A stretch of DNA of 64,000 bases from an uncultured Gemmatimonadales bacterium (GCA_963798845.1 CAWCUS010000004.1:416001-480000), one strand, 5' to 3'. Shown: positions 33,001-42,512, counted from the first letter of the stretch. Made by a program: numbers and translations. The notes: a model not told the origin generated them from the sequence alone.

Positions 33001-36000
33001 GACCGCGCGCGAAGCCGCGCTCGCGCCTGCCCCTTCGGAGCCGGACCGCTACAGCGCGCTCGGGCGCATGTTCGCCGACTTCCTCGAGCGCAGCTTCGAG
33101 ACGTGGGCCGGAGGGCGCGGTCCGCGTCCCGTGCGCGTCGGGATCACGGGCGCGGCGCTGGGGCTTCCCGGCGGCGAGCGGGTCTTCGAGGAGCGGAACC
33201 TGGAGCGGATCCTGTCGGGCGAGGCGCTGATCCGGGCGGTCCCGCAGGCGCTGCGCGACGCCATGGCGGCCCGCCAGATCACGCGGCTGGTCAAGGGCAC
33301 GAACGGTGAGGCGAGCTTCGAGACCATCGACGACCCCGCGGACGTGATCAAGCTGGCGGGGCGGGGTGGCGAGCTGGACCTGGTGGAGGAGTACGGGTTC
33401 CCGGCCGACCGCCTGGAGTCCCTGGACCGGGTCACGCGCCTGGCCATCGCGGCCGGGCTGGACGCACTGCGCGACGCCGGCATCCCGCTGGTGATGCGCC
33501 ACAAGACCACCACCACGGGATCCAAGCTCCCGGACGGCTGGGCGTTGCCGGAGCCCATGCGGGACGACACGGGCGTCATCTTCGCATCCGCGTTCCCCGG
33601 CCTGGACTCCTTCGCCCGCATCATCGAGGGGTACCACGAGGACCGGGCGCGGCGCGAGCGGCTGGAGGAGCTGCACGCGCTGCGCGCGAAGCTGGCGGCG
33701 ACGGGGGCTGTGTCGGCCGTCCCGGAAGTGGACGCCCGCATCGCCACCGTCGAGGCGGAGCTGGAGGCGAACCCATTCAGGTTCGACCGCCGCTTCCTCT
33801 TCCAGGTCCTGAACATGGGGCACGCCCAGTTCGCCGAGCACATCGGCGCCCGAGGGCCCAACATCGGCACCAACGGCGCGTGCGCCAGCAGCACGCAGGC
33901 CACGGCGCTCGCCCGGGACTGGATCGCCGCCGGGCGGTGCCGTCGCGTGATCGTTCTCTCGGCCGACGACATCACCACCGACACGCTGCTCCCGTGGTTC
34001 GGTGCCGGCTTCCTGGCGTCGGGGGCTGCGGCCACGGACGAGCGCCTCGAGGACGCCGCTCTGCCGTTCGACCGGCGTCGCCACGGCCTGATCATGGGGA
34101 TGGGCGGCGCGGCGCTGGTGGTGGAGTCGCTGGACGCGGCCGCGGAGCGGGGCCTCGCGCCCGTCTGCGAAGTGCTGGGCACCGTGGTGGCCAACAGCGC
34201 GTTCCACGGCAGCCGCCTCGACGTCCAGCACATCGCCGCGGTGATGGAGCGGCTGGTCTCCGACGCCGAGCGGGAGTGGGGCATCGACCGGCGCCAGATC
34301 GCCGGCGAGACGGTGTTCGTGTCCCACGAGACGTACACGCCCGCCCGCGGCGGCAGCGCGTCCGCGGAGGTCGTGGCGCTTCGGAGGGTCTTCGGCGACG
34401 CCGTGGACCGGATCGTGGTCGCCAACACGAAGGGCCACACCGGCCACCCCATGGCCGTGGGGATCGAGGACGCTCTGGCCGTGCGCATGCTGGAGACCGG
34501 CGTGATCCCGCCGGTAGCGAACTTCCGGGAGGTGGACCCCGAGCTCGGGATGCTGAACCTCTCCCGGGGTGGAAGCCAGCCCGTCCGCTACGCGTTGCGG
34601 CTGGGTGCCGGCTTCGGGTCCCAGATCGCCATGAGCCTCCTGCGCTGGACACCGCCGCCCGATGGCGCCCGCCGTGCCCCGAACGACGTTGGCTTCCGGC
34701 ACCGGATCGTGGATCGCGGTGCGTGGGAACGGTGGCTGGCGGGCATCGCCGGCGCTCAGGTCGGGGAGCTGGAAGTCGTACGGCGAGTGCTGCGCGTTCG
34801 GAGCGGCTCGCCCGACAGGGGCGAGCGCGTGACGCCGCCGCTGGACGTGACTTCGACGGTGATCACGCCCGCGACCGCCGCGCAGGCACCGACTTCGAAT
34901 GCTGCTCCGCCACCACCGCTGCCCGAGCCGGTGCGCGAACGGGTGCTCGGGATCGTGGCCGAGCAGACCGGATACCCGCCGGACATGCTCGACCTGGACC
35001 TGGACCTGGAGGCGGACCTCGGCATCGACACGGTGAAGCAGGCGGAGATGTTCGTCGCGATCCGCGAGGAGTATGGCATCGAGCGAGACGAGAACCTGGC
35101 GCTGCGGGAGTACCCGACGCTGAAGCGGGCCATCGAGTTCGTGTACGAGAAGCGTCCCGACCTGGCTCCGGCCGTCAATGTCCTCGCGGCGCCGGTCCCG
35201 ACGACGAGCGGGGCCCCGACGACCGATGGGGTGCCGGCCAGCAGTGTGCCCCCGAGCACGCCGCCGCAGCAGGCGCCCGATCCGGTTCGAGCCTCGATCC
35301 TCCGGATCGTCACGGAGCAGACGGGCTATCCGGAGGACATGCTCGACCTGGACCTGGACCTGGAGGCGGACCTCGGCATCGACACGGTGAAGCAGGCGGA
35401 GATGTTCGCCGCGATCCGCGAGGAGTATGGCATCGAGCGGGACGAGAACCTGGCGCTGCGGGAGTACCCGACGTTGAAGCGGGCGATCGAGTTCGTGTAC
35501 GAGAAGCGCCCGGACCTGGCAGCGGCGCCCGCACCCGCTGCGACGGCCGCCCCGGCCCCCGAAGCGGAGGCTCCGCAGCCGCAGCCTTCGGAAGGCGGCG
35601 CCGCGATGGGCGCTCCGGCCGCGGCTCCGGGCGCATCCACGCCGGCGCTCGCGGCCGGCGACATGGCGGCCGCGCAGGCCATGCCGCGCCGAATCCCGGT
35701 GGCGCGTCTCCGACCCGCCACCTCCTTCTTCCGGGACACCGGTGTGGCCCTCGGGGAAGGGGACCGCGTCGTGGTGGTTGACGACGCGGCCGGCGTGGGG
35801 AGGTCCCTCGTCGCCAGGCTCCAGAAGCGCGGCGTGACCACGCTCGTGGTGGATGACGCCCCGTCCGCGGACGTGCTCGCCGCGCGGCTGACGGCGTGGC
35901 ATGCCGACGGTCCGGTCCGCGGCCTCTACTGGCTGCCCGCGCTGGACGTGGTGGACGACGCGACCCTGCGCGACCCGGTAGCGCGCAGGGAGGCGGTGCG

Positions 36001-38143
36001 CGCGCGCGTGAGGCTGCTGTACACGACGCTGAGGACCCTGTACGACGGTCTGGGCGCCGCGGGTACGTTCGTGCTCACGGCCACGCGGCTGGGAGGGCGC
36101 CACGGCTATGACGAAGAGGGTGCGGCCGACGTGCTCGGCGGGGCCGTGGCCGGGCTGACGAAGTCGTTCGCGCGCGAGCGGCCGGATGCGCTGGTGAAAG
36201 CCGTGGATTTCGCACCCGGGGCCAGGGCGGCGGAGCTGGCCGATGTCCTGATCGACGAGACGCTGCGGGACGGCGGCGCGGTGGAGGTCGGCCATGCCCT
36301 CGGCCGTCGGTGGACCGTCGGCCTCGAGGAACGCCCCGTCGAGCCGGGGAGTGCGCTGCCCGGCCGCAATGGGGTGTGGGTGGTCACCGGCGCCGCGGGG
36401 AGCATCACGTCCGCGATCCTCGGAGACGTGGCCGCCGGTGGCGGCGAGTTCTGGCTCCTGGACCTGACCCCGGAGCCGGACGCGTCGGACCCGGACCTGG
36501 CTCGTCTGAGCACGGACCGGGACGGGCTCAGGCGCGACGTGTTCGCCCGCCTGAACGCGGCCGGCGAGCGCGCGACTCCCGCGCTGGTCGAGAAGGAGCT
36601 GGCGAAGCTGGAACGCTCTGCCGCCGCCCTCGCCGCCATCCGTGCGGTGGAAGCGGCCGGTGGGACGGCGCACTGGCGCGCCGTGGACCTGCGGGATGCG
36701 GACGCGGTCGGCGCGGTGATGTCGGAAGTGGTGAGGTCGCGGGGCAGGGTGGACGTGCTGGTGCACGCCGCCGGTCTCGAGATCAGCCGGGCGCTGCCGG
36801 ACAAGTCGCCGCAGGAGTTCGACCTGGTGTTCGACGTGAAGACCGAGGGCTGGTTCAACGTCCTTGCCGGGCTCGGCGACGCGGAGCTGGGCGCCGCCGT
36901 CGTCTTCAGCTCGATCGCCGGCCGCTTCGGCAACGCGGGCCAGGCGGACTACAGCGCCGCCAACGACCTGCTGTGCAAGGCAGTCTCGTCGTTCCGGAAC
37001 CGGCGCCCGGACGCCCGGGGCGTCGCCGTGGACTGGACCGCGTGGGGTGGCATCGGAATGGCGAGCCGCGGCTCCATCCCCGCGATCATGAAGTCGGCCG
37101 GGATCGACATGCTGGAGCCGGCGGCCGGGATCCCCGTGGTACGCCGCGAGCTGTCGGCCGGCGTGCGCGGCGAGGTGGTGATCGCGGGCTCGCTCGGCGT
37201 CATGCTCGAGGAGAGGATCGCGGCAGGCGGGGTGGAGCATGCGGTCGCGGACGGCGCCGGCCCGATGACCGGCCGCATCGCCGGCTTCGGTGTCCACGAA
37301 GGCCTGGTGGTGGAGACGCTCCTGGACCCCGGGATCCAGCCCTTCCTGGACGACCACCGCATCGACGGCATTGCCGTGCTCCCCGGCGTCATGGGCATCG
37401 AGGCCATGGTCGAGGCCGCGTGCCTCCCGTTCCCCGGGCTCCGGGTGGCGGCGGTGGAGGACGTACGCTTCCTGGCGCCGTTCAAGTTCTACCGCGACGA
37501 GCCGCGCACCGTGACCGTCCGCGTCCACCACGACCTGGCCGGCGACGACGTCCTGGCCGATTGTGTCCTGCTCGGCACCCGCACGCTCCATGGCCGCCCC
37601 GAGCCCGAAGTCACCGCGCACTTCGTGGCCCGGGTCCGGCTCACCTCTTCGCCCGCCGACCCGCCGACCTCGCGGGCGCTGCCGCCGGCGGCCGAGACGA
37701 TCGGGGCCGACGCCATCTACGACGTCTATTTTCACGGACCTGCCTATCGCGTGCTCGGGGAGGCGTGGCGCGCGGGCAATGCGATGGTGGGGCGGCTCGC
37801 GAGCCGGCTCCCGCCGAACCACCAGCCGGCGACGCTCGCGACGCTGGCCTCGCCCCGCCTGATCGAGCTCGCCTTCCAGACTGCCGGACTCGTCGAGATC
37901 GCGGACGCGGCGCGAATGGGGCTACCCCACAGCGTGGACTCCGTGGTCCCGACCCGGCACGGGGACGGTGACCTGGAGGGCGCGGCGGCCCTGCTCCTCC
38001 CCGGTGACCCGGAGCGGGGTCACGACCTCGACGTGGTGGCGGCGAACGGAACCGTCCTGCTCTCGATCCGCGGCTACCGTACCGCGGCGCTCCAGTCGCC
38101 CGTGGCGGCCGGTGTATTCCCGGCGCTACGGGCGGGCGCATGA
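30068..38143 (+). CDS. Type I PKS/FAS-like megasynthase, KS-AT-KS-ACP-ACP-KR-DH (2691 aa)
   Basis: KS1 DAACAS/HGTST/KSNIGHL; AT GQGSQ/GHSLG/SHAFH; KS2 GACASS/HETYT/KGHTGH; two ACPs DLGIDTVKQ; KR TGAAGSI and YSAAND; DH HRIDGIAVLP. Confidence 0.92.
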   Translation: MMDSSARSRSVAIVGVGAVLPDAADAAVFWRNLLDGRSSIREVPRDRWNPDLYYDADPRAPDRTYSKIGGWVTDYEWDPLGWRMPIPPKVAAAMDPTQKYAIAAARQALLDYGYPERPLDGERTAVILGNAMGGDHHLLTSARILFPEMAEELLAAPAYRALPADVRTALLEELRAGVGRRIPDITEDTMPGELSNITAGRIAALYDFRGPNFVTDAACASAMAALYAAIDGLENGDYDAVLSGGADANMSPSAFVKFCKIGALSATGSRPYAEGADGFVMGEGSVVFVLKRLADAERDGDRVYAVIRGVGGSSDGRGKGITAPNPVGQQLAVQRAWANAGLAPRAGDLIEGHGTSTRVGDVVEVTSMNEVFAGAALAPGSLMLGSVKSNIGHLKGAAGAVGMLKAALSLHHGVVPASINFARPNPGIDFARATMAVSAETTDWPRRTDGTARRAGLSAFGFGGTNFHVVMEEYVPGAVPRTQVRGAGAGDTASVGTATAGGATSPAAGLQPSARPEAASPGAPAPPLKAPLRGALVIGGRTEAEIAGRLKGVKAEAERGIAPPPAPPARADLDAPIRLAVDYGDAAELADLAGRTLAALEAGDAGRWRALRNKGVFLGRGTPGKVAFLFTGQGSQYVNMLRELRDVEAIVAETFAEADEVMGPLIGGTLTSRIFIDDADEAALAAAEDALKQTAVTQPAVLAVDTSLARLMEAYGIAPDLLMGHSLGEYGALVAAGAMSFGDALKAVSARGDAMTHLAMEDNGLMAAVFGDVERVREVIEGVDGYVVIANLNSTKECVIGGATAAVEAAMEALREAGMRAQPLPVSHAFHTEIVAHASEPLIEVLKSLSLRAPSRPVVANVDGELYPSGDDAVVRMHDILGRQVGSPVQFVKGLGTLYDAGARVFVEMGPKRVLYGFADDVLADRDDVVALFTNQPRNGDIVSFNRALCGLYAAGLGAGTEALQATLPPTPPAAVEATAREAALAPAPSEPDRYSALGRMFADFLERSFETWAGGRGPRPVRVGITGAALGLPGGERVFEERNLERILSGEALIRAVPQALRDAMAARQITRLVKGTNGEASFETIDDPADVIKLAGRGGELDLVEEYGFPADRLESLDRVTRLAIAAGLDALRDAGIPLVMRHKTTTTGSKLPDGWALPEPMRDDTGVIFASAFPGLDSFARIIEGYHEDRARRERLEELHALRAKLAATGAVSAVPEVDARIATVEAELEANPFRFDRRFLFQVLNMGHAQFAEHIGARGPNIGTNGACASSTQATALARDWIAAGRCRRVIVLSADDITTDTLLPWFGAGFLASGAAATDERLEDAALPFDRRRHGLIMGMGGAALVVESLDAAAERGLAPVCEVLGTVVANSAFHGSRLDVQHIAAVMERLVSDAEREWGIDRRQIAGETVFVSHETYTPARGGSASAEVVALRRVFGDAVDRIVVANTKGHTGHPMAVGIEDALAVRMLETGVIPPVANFREVDPELGMLNLSRGGSQPVRYALRLGAGFGSQIAMSLLRWTPPPDGARRAPNDVGFRHRIVDRGAWERWLAGIAGAQVGELEVVRRVLRVRSGSPDRGERVTPPLDVTSTVITPATAAQAPTSNAAPPPPLPEPVRERVLGIVAEQTGYPPDMLDLDLDLEADLGIDTVKQAEMFVAIREEYGIERDENLALREYPTLKRAIEFVYEKRPDLAPAVNVLAAPVPTTSGAPTTDGVPASSVPPSTPPQQAPDPVRASILRIVTEQTGYPEDMLDLDLDLEADLGIDTVKQAEMFAAIREEYGIERDENLALREYPTLKRAIEFVYEKRPDLAAAPAPAATAAPAPEAEAPQPQPSEGGAAMGAPAAAPGASTPALAAGDMAAAQAMPRRIPVARLRPATSFFRDTGVALGEGDRVVVVDDAAGVGRSLVARLQKRGVTTLVVDDAPSADVLAARLTAWHADGPVRGLYWLPALDVVDDATLRDPVARREAVRARVRLLYTTLRTLYDGLGAAGTFVLTATRLGGRHGYDEEGAADVLGGAVAGLTKSFARERPDALVKAVDFAPGARAAELADVLIDETLRDGGAVEVGHALGRRWTVGLEERPVEPGSALPGRNGVWVVTGAAGSITSAILGDVAAGGGEFWLLDLTPEPDASDPDLARLSTDRDGLRRDVFARLNAAGERATPALVEKELAKLERSAAALAAIRAVEAAGGTAHWRAVDLRDADAVGAVMSEVVRSRGRVDVLVHAAGLEISRALPDKSPQEFDLVFDVKTEGWFNVLAGLGDAELGAAVVFSSIAGRFGNAGQADYSAANDLLCKAVSSFRNRRPDARGVAVDWTAWGGIGMASRGSIPAIMKSAGIDMLEPAAGIPVVRRELSAGVRGEVVIAGSLGVMLEERIAAGGVEHAVADGAGPMTGRIAGFGVHEGLVVETLLDPGIQPFLDDHRIDGIAVLPGVMGIEAMVEAACLPFPGLRVAAVEDVRFLAPFKFYRDEPRTVTVRVHHDLAGDDVLADCVLLGTRTLHGRPEPEVTAHFVARVRLTSSPADPPTSRALPPAAETIGADAIYDVYFHGPAYRVLGEAWRAGNAMVGRLASRLPPNHQPATLATLASPRLIELAFQTAGLVEIADAARMGLPHSVDSVVPTRHGDGDLEGAAALLLPGDPERGHDLDVVAANGTVLLSIRGYRTAALQSPVAAGVFPALRAGA
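34960..35522 (+). repeat. Near-identical duplicated ACP-coding segments (about 205 bp, 354-bp period)
   Basis: About 34960-35168 and 35314-35522 encode EQTGYPxDMLDLDLDLEADLGIDTVKQAEMFxAIREEYGIERDENLALREYPTLKRAIEFVYEKRPDLA with few nucleotide differences. Confidence 0.9.
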
Positions 38144-39000
38144 TGGCCGGCGCATCGTACGCGGGCGCCCGGGCCGGACCCACGTCGGGTGGCGGGGCGC
38201 CCCGCCTCCACGAGGTCGTCGCCCGCGAGGCCGACGTCCCCGCGGACGCCGGCTGGCTGACGGACACGGAGCTCCAGCTGCTGGTGGCGTTCCGGATACC
38301 GAAGCGACGGGACGACTGGCGGCTCGGCCGGTGGGCCGCGAAGCGGGCGGTGGCCGCCGCCCTGGGCCGCCCGACGGGGGCGGCGAGGCGGGGGATCTCC
38401 GCGGCCACCCTCGGCCGCATCGAGATCCTGAGGGCCGAGGATGGGGCGCCGGAGGCTCGGGTCGAAGACGTGGAGGCGCCCGGCCGCGCGCTGGCCCTGT
38501 CCATCAGCCACAGCCATGGCACCGCGTTCGCCGCGGCCGCCGTGGGCAGTGGCGCGCTGGGCGTGGACATCGAGGCCGTCGAGCCACGAAGCGACCGCTT
38601 CGTAGCCGATTACTTCACGGCCGACGAGGCGGCGCGCGTCCGCGCCGCGTCGGCCGCCGATCGCCCGCTCCTCGCGAACCTCACGTGGGCGGCCAAGGAA
38701 GCGGCCCTGAAGGCGCTGCGCACCGGACTGCGCCTGGACACCCGCGCCGTGGTGGTGGAGCGGATCGGGGCGGCCGAGTTCACCGTCAGGATGCCCGGCG
38801 GCGCGTGCTGGGACGGGTCCTGGTGCGAGGCGGACGGGCTGGTCCGGACCATCCTCTGGGCTCCGGTGTCCGCCTCCAGGGCCGCCGACGCGGGCGAGGC
38901 GCAGGACAAGGCCTGGCCCTCGCGGTCGGCCCCGGATGGCCGCTGGTCGATCGTGGACGACAGGTCGCACAGGAGTCCCACTGCTCCCGAGCTGGCGTAG
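38140..39000 (+). CDS. Sfp-type 4'-phosphopantetheinyl transferase
   Basis: WRLGRWAAK, LSISHS, GVDIE, WAAKEAALKA; ATGA overlap with the PKS stop. Confidence 0.9.
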   Translation: MMAGASYAGARAGPTSGGGAPRLHEVVAREADVPADAGWLTDTELQLLVAFRIPKRRDDWRLGRWAAKRAVAAALGRPTGAARRGISAATLGRIEILRAEDGAPEARVEDVEAPGRALALSISHSHGTAFAAAAVGSGALGVDIEAVEPRSDRFVADYFTADEAARVRAASAADRPLLANLTWAAKEAALKALRTGLRLDTRAVVVERIGAAEFTVRMPGGACWDGSWCEADGLVRTILWAPVSASRAADAGEAQDKAWPSRSAPDGRWSIVDDRSHRSPTAPELA

Positions 39001-39143
39001 ACACCCCGGGCTCGGGGCATCCCCGCAGGGCCGATCGGGCTCGCCCGTCCGTTCCGCCAGCCGCTGGACCGGTGGCGCGGACCAGCCCACATTGATCGCA
39101 GGACGGCCGCAGGGCCGGACGCACGGATCCCACAGGAGAACCG

Positions 39144-42100
39144 ATGATGAGGTCGAACCGGATCGGAGTCGCCGCCCCAGGGGCCGCCGCGACTCCGCTT
39201 CTCGTTGCGGCGCTGCTGGTCCTGGGCGGCGCGAGCTCGCTGGCTGCGCAGACCAGGCTGCTGCGCTTCCCCGACATCCACGGCGACCAGGTGGTCTTCA
39301 CCTACGCGGGGGACCTCTGGACCGCCGGCTCCGACGGCGGCACGGCCGTGCGCCTGACCGCCCACCCGGGGCAGGAGCTGTTCGCCAAGTACTCGCCCGA
39401 TGGCAGGTGGATCGCGTTCACCGGGCAGTACGACGGCGATGAGCAGGTCTACGTCGTGCCCGCCGGGGGCGGCGTCCCGAAGCAGCTCACCTACTACCCG
39501 GCACAGGGTCCGCTCCCGCCGCGCTGGGGCTACGACAACCAGGTCTACGGGTGGACCCCGGACGGGAAGGGGATCCTCTTCCGCTCGATGCGAGACAGCT
39601 GGGACCTGGCGAACCAGCACCTCTACGTGATCTCGATGGACGGGGGGCTGCCGCAGCAGCTGCCGATGCCGCGCGCGGGTGCGGGGACGCTGTCGCCGGA
39701 CGGGAAGACCGTCTTCTACTCGCCGCTCTTCCGCGATTTCCGCGCGTGGAAGCGTTACCAGGGCGGCTGGGCCGAGGACCTGTGGACGTTCGATCTGGCG
39801 AGTCACGAGGCGAAGAACCTGACGGACGACGTGCGCACCGACCGCGACCCCATGTGGATCGGCGGCCGCCTCTATTTCGCCTCGGACCGCACGGGCACGC
39901 TCAACCTCTACTCGATGGCCGCGGATGGCGGCGACCTGAAGCAGCTCACCAGGAGCACGAGCTGGGACGTGCGCTGGCCCAGCGCTTCCGAGGACGGGCA
40001 GATCGTCTACGAGATGGGCGGCGAGCTGCACGTGTTCGACTCCGCTTCCGCCGCGGACCGCAAGCTGGACATCCGGGTCCCCGATGACGGCGTGGCCTGG
40101 CGTCCCGTGCACAAGAGTGTCTCCCGGTGGGTCGAGGACTTCGGCCTCGCCCCCAAGGGGCAGCGCGCGGTCTTCATCGCCCGGGGCGACCTCTTCACCG
40201 CTCCCATCGAGCACGGCGCCACGCGCAACCTTACCCACAGCTCCACCTCGCACGAGAAGGGCGCGGCCTGGTCCCCGGACGGCCGCAGGATCGCATTCAT
40301 CTCCGACCGCTCGGGCGAAGAGGAGCTCTACCTGGTCGACCAGGACGGATCCGGAGAGCCGGAACAGCTCACGTCCGACGGCGACGTCATGCGCTACGGC
40401 CCGCAGTGGGCGCCCGACGGCAAGAAGCTGTCGTTCTCCGACGCCCGCGGACGGCTGTGGGTCCTGGACCTCGCCAGCCGGAAGAGCACGCTCGTCGCCC
40501 GTGACTCCAGCGGTCGGCTGTTCGACCAGAGCTGGTCGAACGACGGGCGCTGGCTGGCCTTCTCCCTCAATGACGCCGCCGGGTTCCGATCGCTCTACAT
40601 CTGGGGCGTGGGCGAGGACGCGCCGCACCGTGTCACGAGCGACCTCACCAACGACTACGAGCCCGTCTTCGGCGCCGACGGCGACTACCTCTACTTCCTC
40701 AGCGACCGCGAGTACGCGCCGCAGATCAGCAACGCGGAGTGGAGCTTCGCCACGACGAAGAGCACGGGCATCTTCGCGCTGGCACTGCGCAAGGACGTCC
40801 CCGCGCCCTTCCCGCCGCAGAGCGACGAGGTCGAGGTGGCCGGTGCCGATGAGGCACCCGCGAAGGCCGGCAGCGCGCCGGAGAAGAAGGCGGCAGCCTC
40901 GCCGGTGAGCATTGAATTCGACGGCCTGGCAGACCGCTTGGCGCCGGTCCCCGTCGACCCCGACAACTATGGCGGACTCAACGCCGTGGAAGGGAAGCTC
41001 GTGTACGTGCGCGCGCCCGCGTTCTTCTACGGGCGCGACTCGGGCGACGAGCCGGCGCTGATCACGTTCGACCTGAAGGACCGCAAACCCTCCACGCTCG
41101 CCGAGGGCGTGCGCGGATACGCGCTGTCGCCCGACGGAACCAAGCTGCTCGCACGCCAGGGGCGGGGGTTCACGCTCTACGACGTCGCCAAGGGGGAAGG
41201 CTCCAAGAAGACCGTGTCCACAGACGGCCTCGAGGCCGACGTCGTACCGAAGCAGGAGTGGAACGAGATCTACGACGAGGTCTGGCGCCGGTTCCGGGAC
41301 TTCTTCTACGTCCCGAACATGAACGGCTACGACTGGAAGGCGCTGCGAGAGCAGTACCGTCCGCTCCTCCAGTACGTGGGCGATCGCTCCGACCTCGACT
41401 ACGTCCTCAACGAGATGATCGCGGAGCTGAGCAACTCCCACACGTACATCTCCGGGGGCGACCACGACCTGCCCGAACGGGCCGACGTGGCTTTGCCCGG
41501 GGCCCGATTCGAGCTGGACCCGGAGGTTGGACGCTATCGCATCGCCGAGATCTTCCCGGGCGACAACGCCGAGGCGGAATACCGCTCGCCGCTGACCCAG
41601 GTGGGCGTGGATGCCCGCGTCGGCGACTACGTTCTGGCGATCGACGGCCAGGAGCTGAAGGCGCCCGACAACCCGTACCGGCTGCTCCGGAACCGGGCCG
41701 ACCACCCCGTCACGCTGACGCTGAACGGCAAGCCCGGCCCGGAGGGCGCGCGCCCGGTGTCGTTCCAGCCGCGCACGGCCGAGGACAAGCTCATCTACTA
41801 CGACTGGGTGAAGCAGAACCGCGAGCGCGTCGCGAAGATGACGGACGGCAAGGTCGGCTACATGCACCTGCCGGACATGGGCGCCGAAGGCATCCGCGAG
41901 TTCGTGAAGTGGTACTATCCGCAGATCCGCAAGGAAGGGCTGATCGTGGACGACCGCGGCAACGGCGGCGGCAACATCTCCTCCATGGTGATCGCGCGGC
42001 TCAGCCAGCAGCTCCTGGCCAGCGGGTACTCGCGCAACGACGAGTATCCGTCCACCTACCCCCGTGGGCCCATCTTCTACGGCTCGCTCGTGGCCCTGCT

Positions 42101-42461
42101 CGATGAGACGTCCGCCTCCGATGGTGACATCTTCCCCGCCATGTTCAAGCAGGCCGGTCTCGGCCCGCTCGTCGGCAAGCGGTCCTGGGGCGGCGTGACC
42201 GGCATCACGAACCACGGCCCGCTCATCAATGGCGGCACCGTCAACGTCCCCGAGTTCGGCTTCATCGGCGTGGACGGCTCCTGGATCATCGAGGGTCACG
42301 GCGTCGACCCGGACATCGTCGTGGACAACGACCCCAAGTCCGTGCTGGACGGGCGCGATCCCCAGCTGGAGCGCGCCGTCCAGGAAGTGCTGAAGGAGAT
42401 GAAGGAGAATCCCAAGCACCTGCCGGCCCGGCCGACACCGCCGGTTCGAACGGGGCAGTAG
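39144..42461 (+). CDS. Tricorn-like S41 protease (intact paralog)
   Basis: Signal peptide, RLLRFPDIHGD, RYQGG, DDRGNGGG, ASDGD, GKRSWGGVTG, EGHGVDPD; AGGAG RBS. Confidence 0.94.
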   Translation: MMRSNRIGVAAPGAAATPLLVAALLVLGGASSLAAQTRLLRFPDIHGDQVVFTYAGDLWTAGSDGGTAVRLTAHPGQELFAKYSPDGRWIAFTGQYDGDEQVYVVPAGGGVPKQLTYYPAQGPLPPRWGYDNQVYGWTPDGKGILFRSMRDSWDLANQHLYVISMDGGLPQQLPMPRAGAGTLSPDGKTVFYSPLFRDFRAWKRYQGGWAEDLWTFDLASHEAKNLTDDVRTDRDPMWIGGRLYFASDRTGTLNLYSMAADGGDLKQLTRSTSWDVRWPSASEDGQIVYEMGGELHVFDSASAADRKLDIRVPDDGVAWRPVHKSVSRWVEDFGLAPKGQRAVFIARGDLFTAPIEHGATRNLTHSSTSHEKGAAWSPDGRRIAFISDRSGEEELYLVDQDGSGEPEQLTSDGDVMRYGPQWAPDGKKLSFSDARGRLWVLDLASRKSTLVARDSSGRLFDQSWSNDGRWLAFSLNDAAGFRSLYIWGVGEDAPHRVTSDLTNDYEPVFGADGDYLYFLSDREYAPQISNAEWSFATTKSTGIFALALRKDVPAPFPPQSDEVEVAGADEAPAKAGSAPEKKAAASPVSIEFDGLADRLAPVPVDPDNYGGLNAVEGKLVYVRAPAFFYGRDSGDEPALITFDLKDRKPSTLAEGVRGYALSPDGTKLLARQGRGFTLYDVAKGEGSKKTVSTDGLEADVVPKQEWNEIYDEVWRRFRDFFYVPNMNGYDWKALREQYRPLLQYVGDRSDLDYVLNEMIAELSNSHTYISGGDHDLPERADVALPGARFELDPEVGRYRIAEIFPGDNAEAEYRSPLTQVGVDARVGDYVLAIDGQELKAPDNPYRLLRNRADHPVTLTLNGKPGPEGARPVSFQPRTAEDKLIYYDWVKQNRERVAKMTDGKVGYMHLPDMGAEGIREFVKWYYPQIRKEGLIVDDRGNGGGNISSMVIARLSQQLLASGYSRNDEYPSTYPRGPIFYGSLVALLDETSASDGDIFPAMFKQAGLGPLVGKRSWGGVTGITNHGPLINGGTVNVPEFGFIGVDGSWIIEGHGVDPDIVVDNDPKSVLDGRDPQLERAVQEVLKEMKENPKHLPARPTPPVRTGQ

Positions 42462-42512
42462 CCGTTGCGCCCTGGGGCGGCGAGGCCGCCCCGGGCCACG
42501 CGACGCAGCAGC

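Noticed and set aside
29867..37822. Long antisense ORFs (2651 aa here; also 38610..42671, 17859..21017, 55656..58691, 7603..10404)
   Set aside because: Shadow ORFs expected from high-GC codon bias opposite real genes; no recognisable motifs.
30068..38143. Calling the synthase pfaA (PUFA synthase)
   Set aside because: It has an extra internal KS and Thr-type ACPs, and pfaB/C/D are absent.
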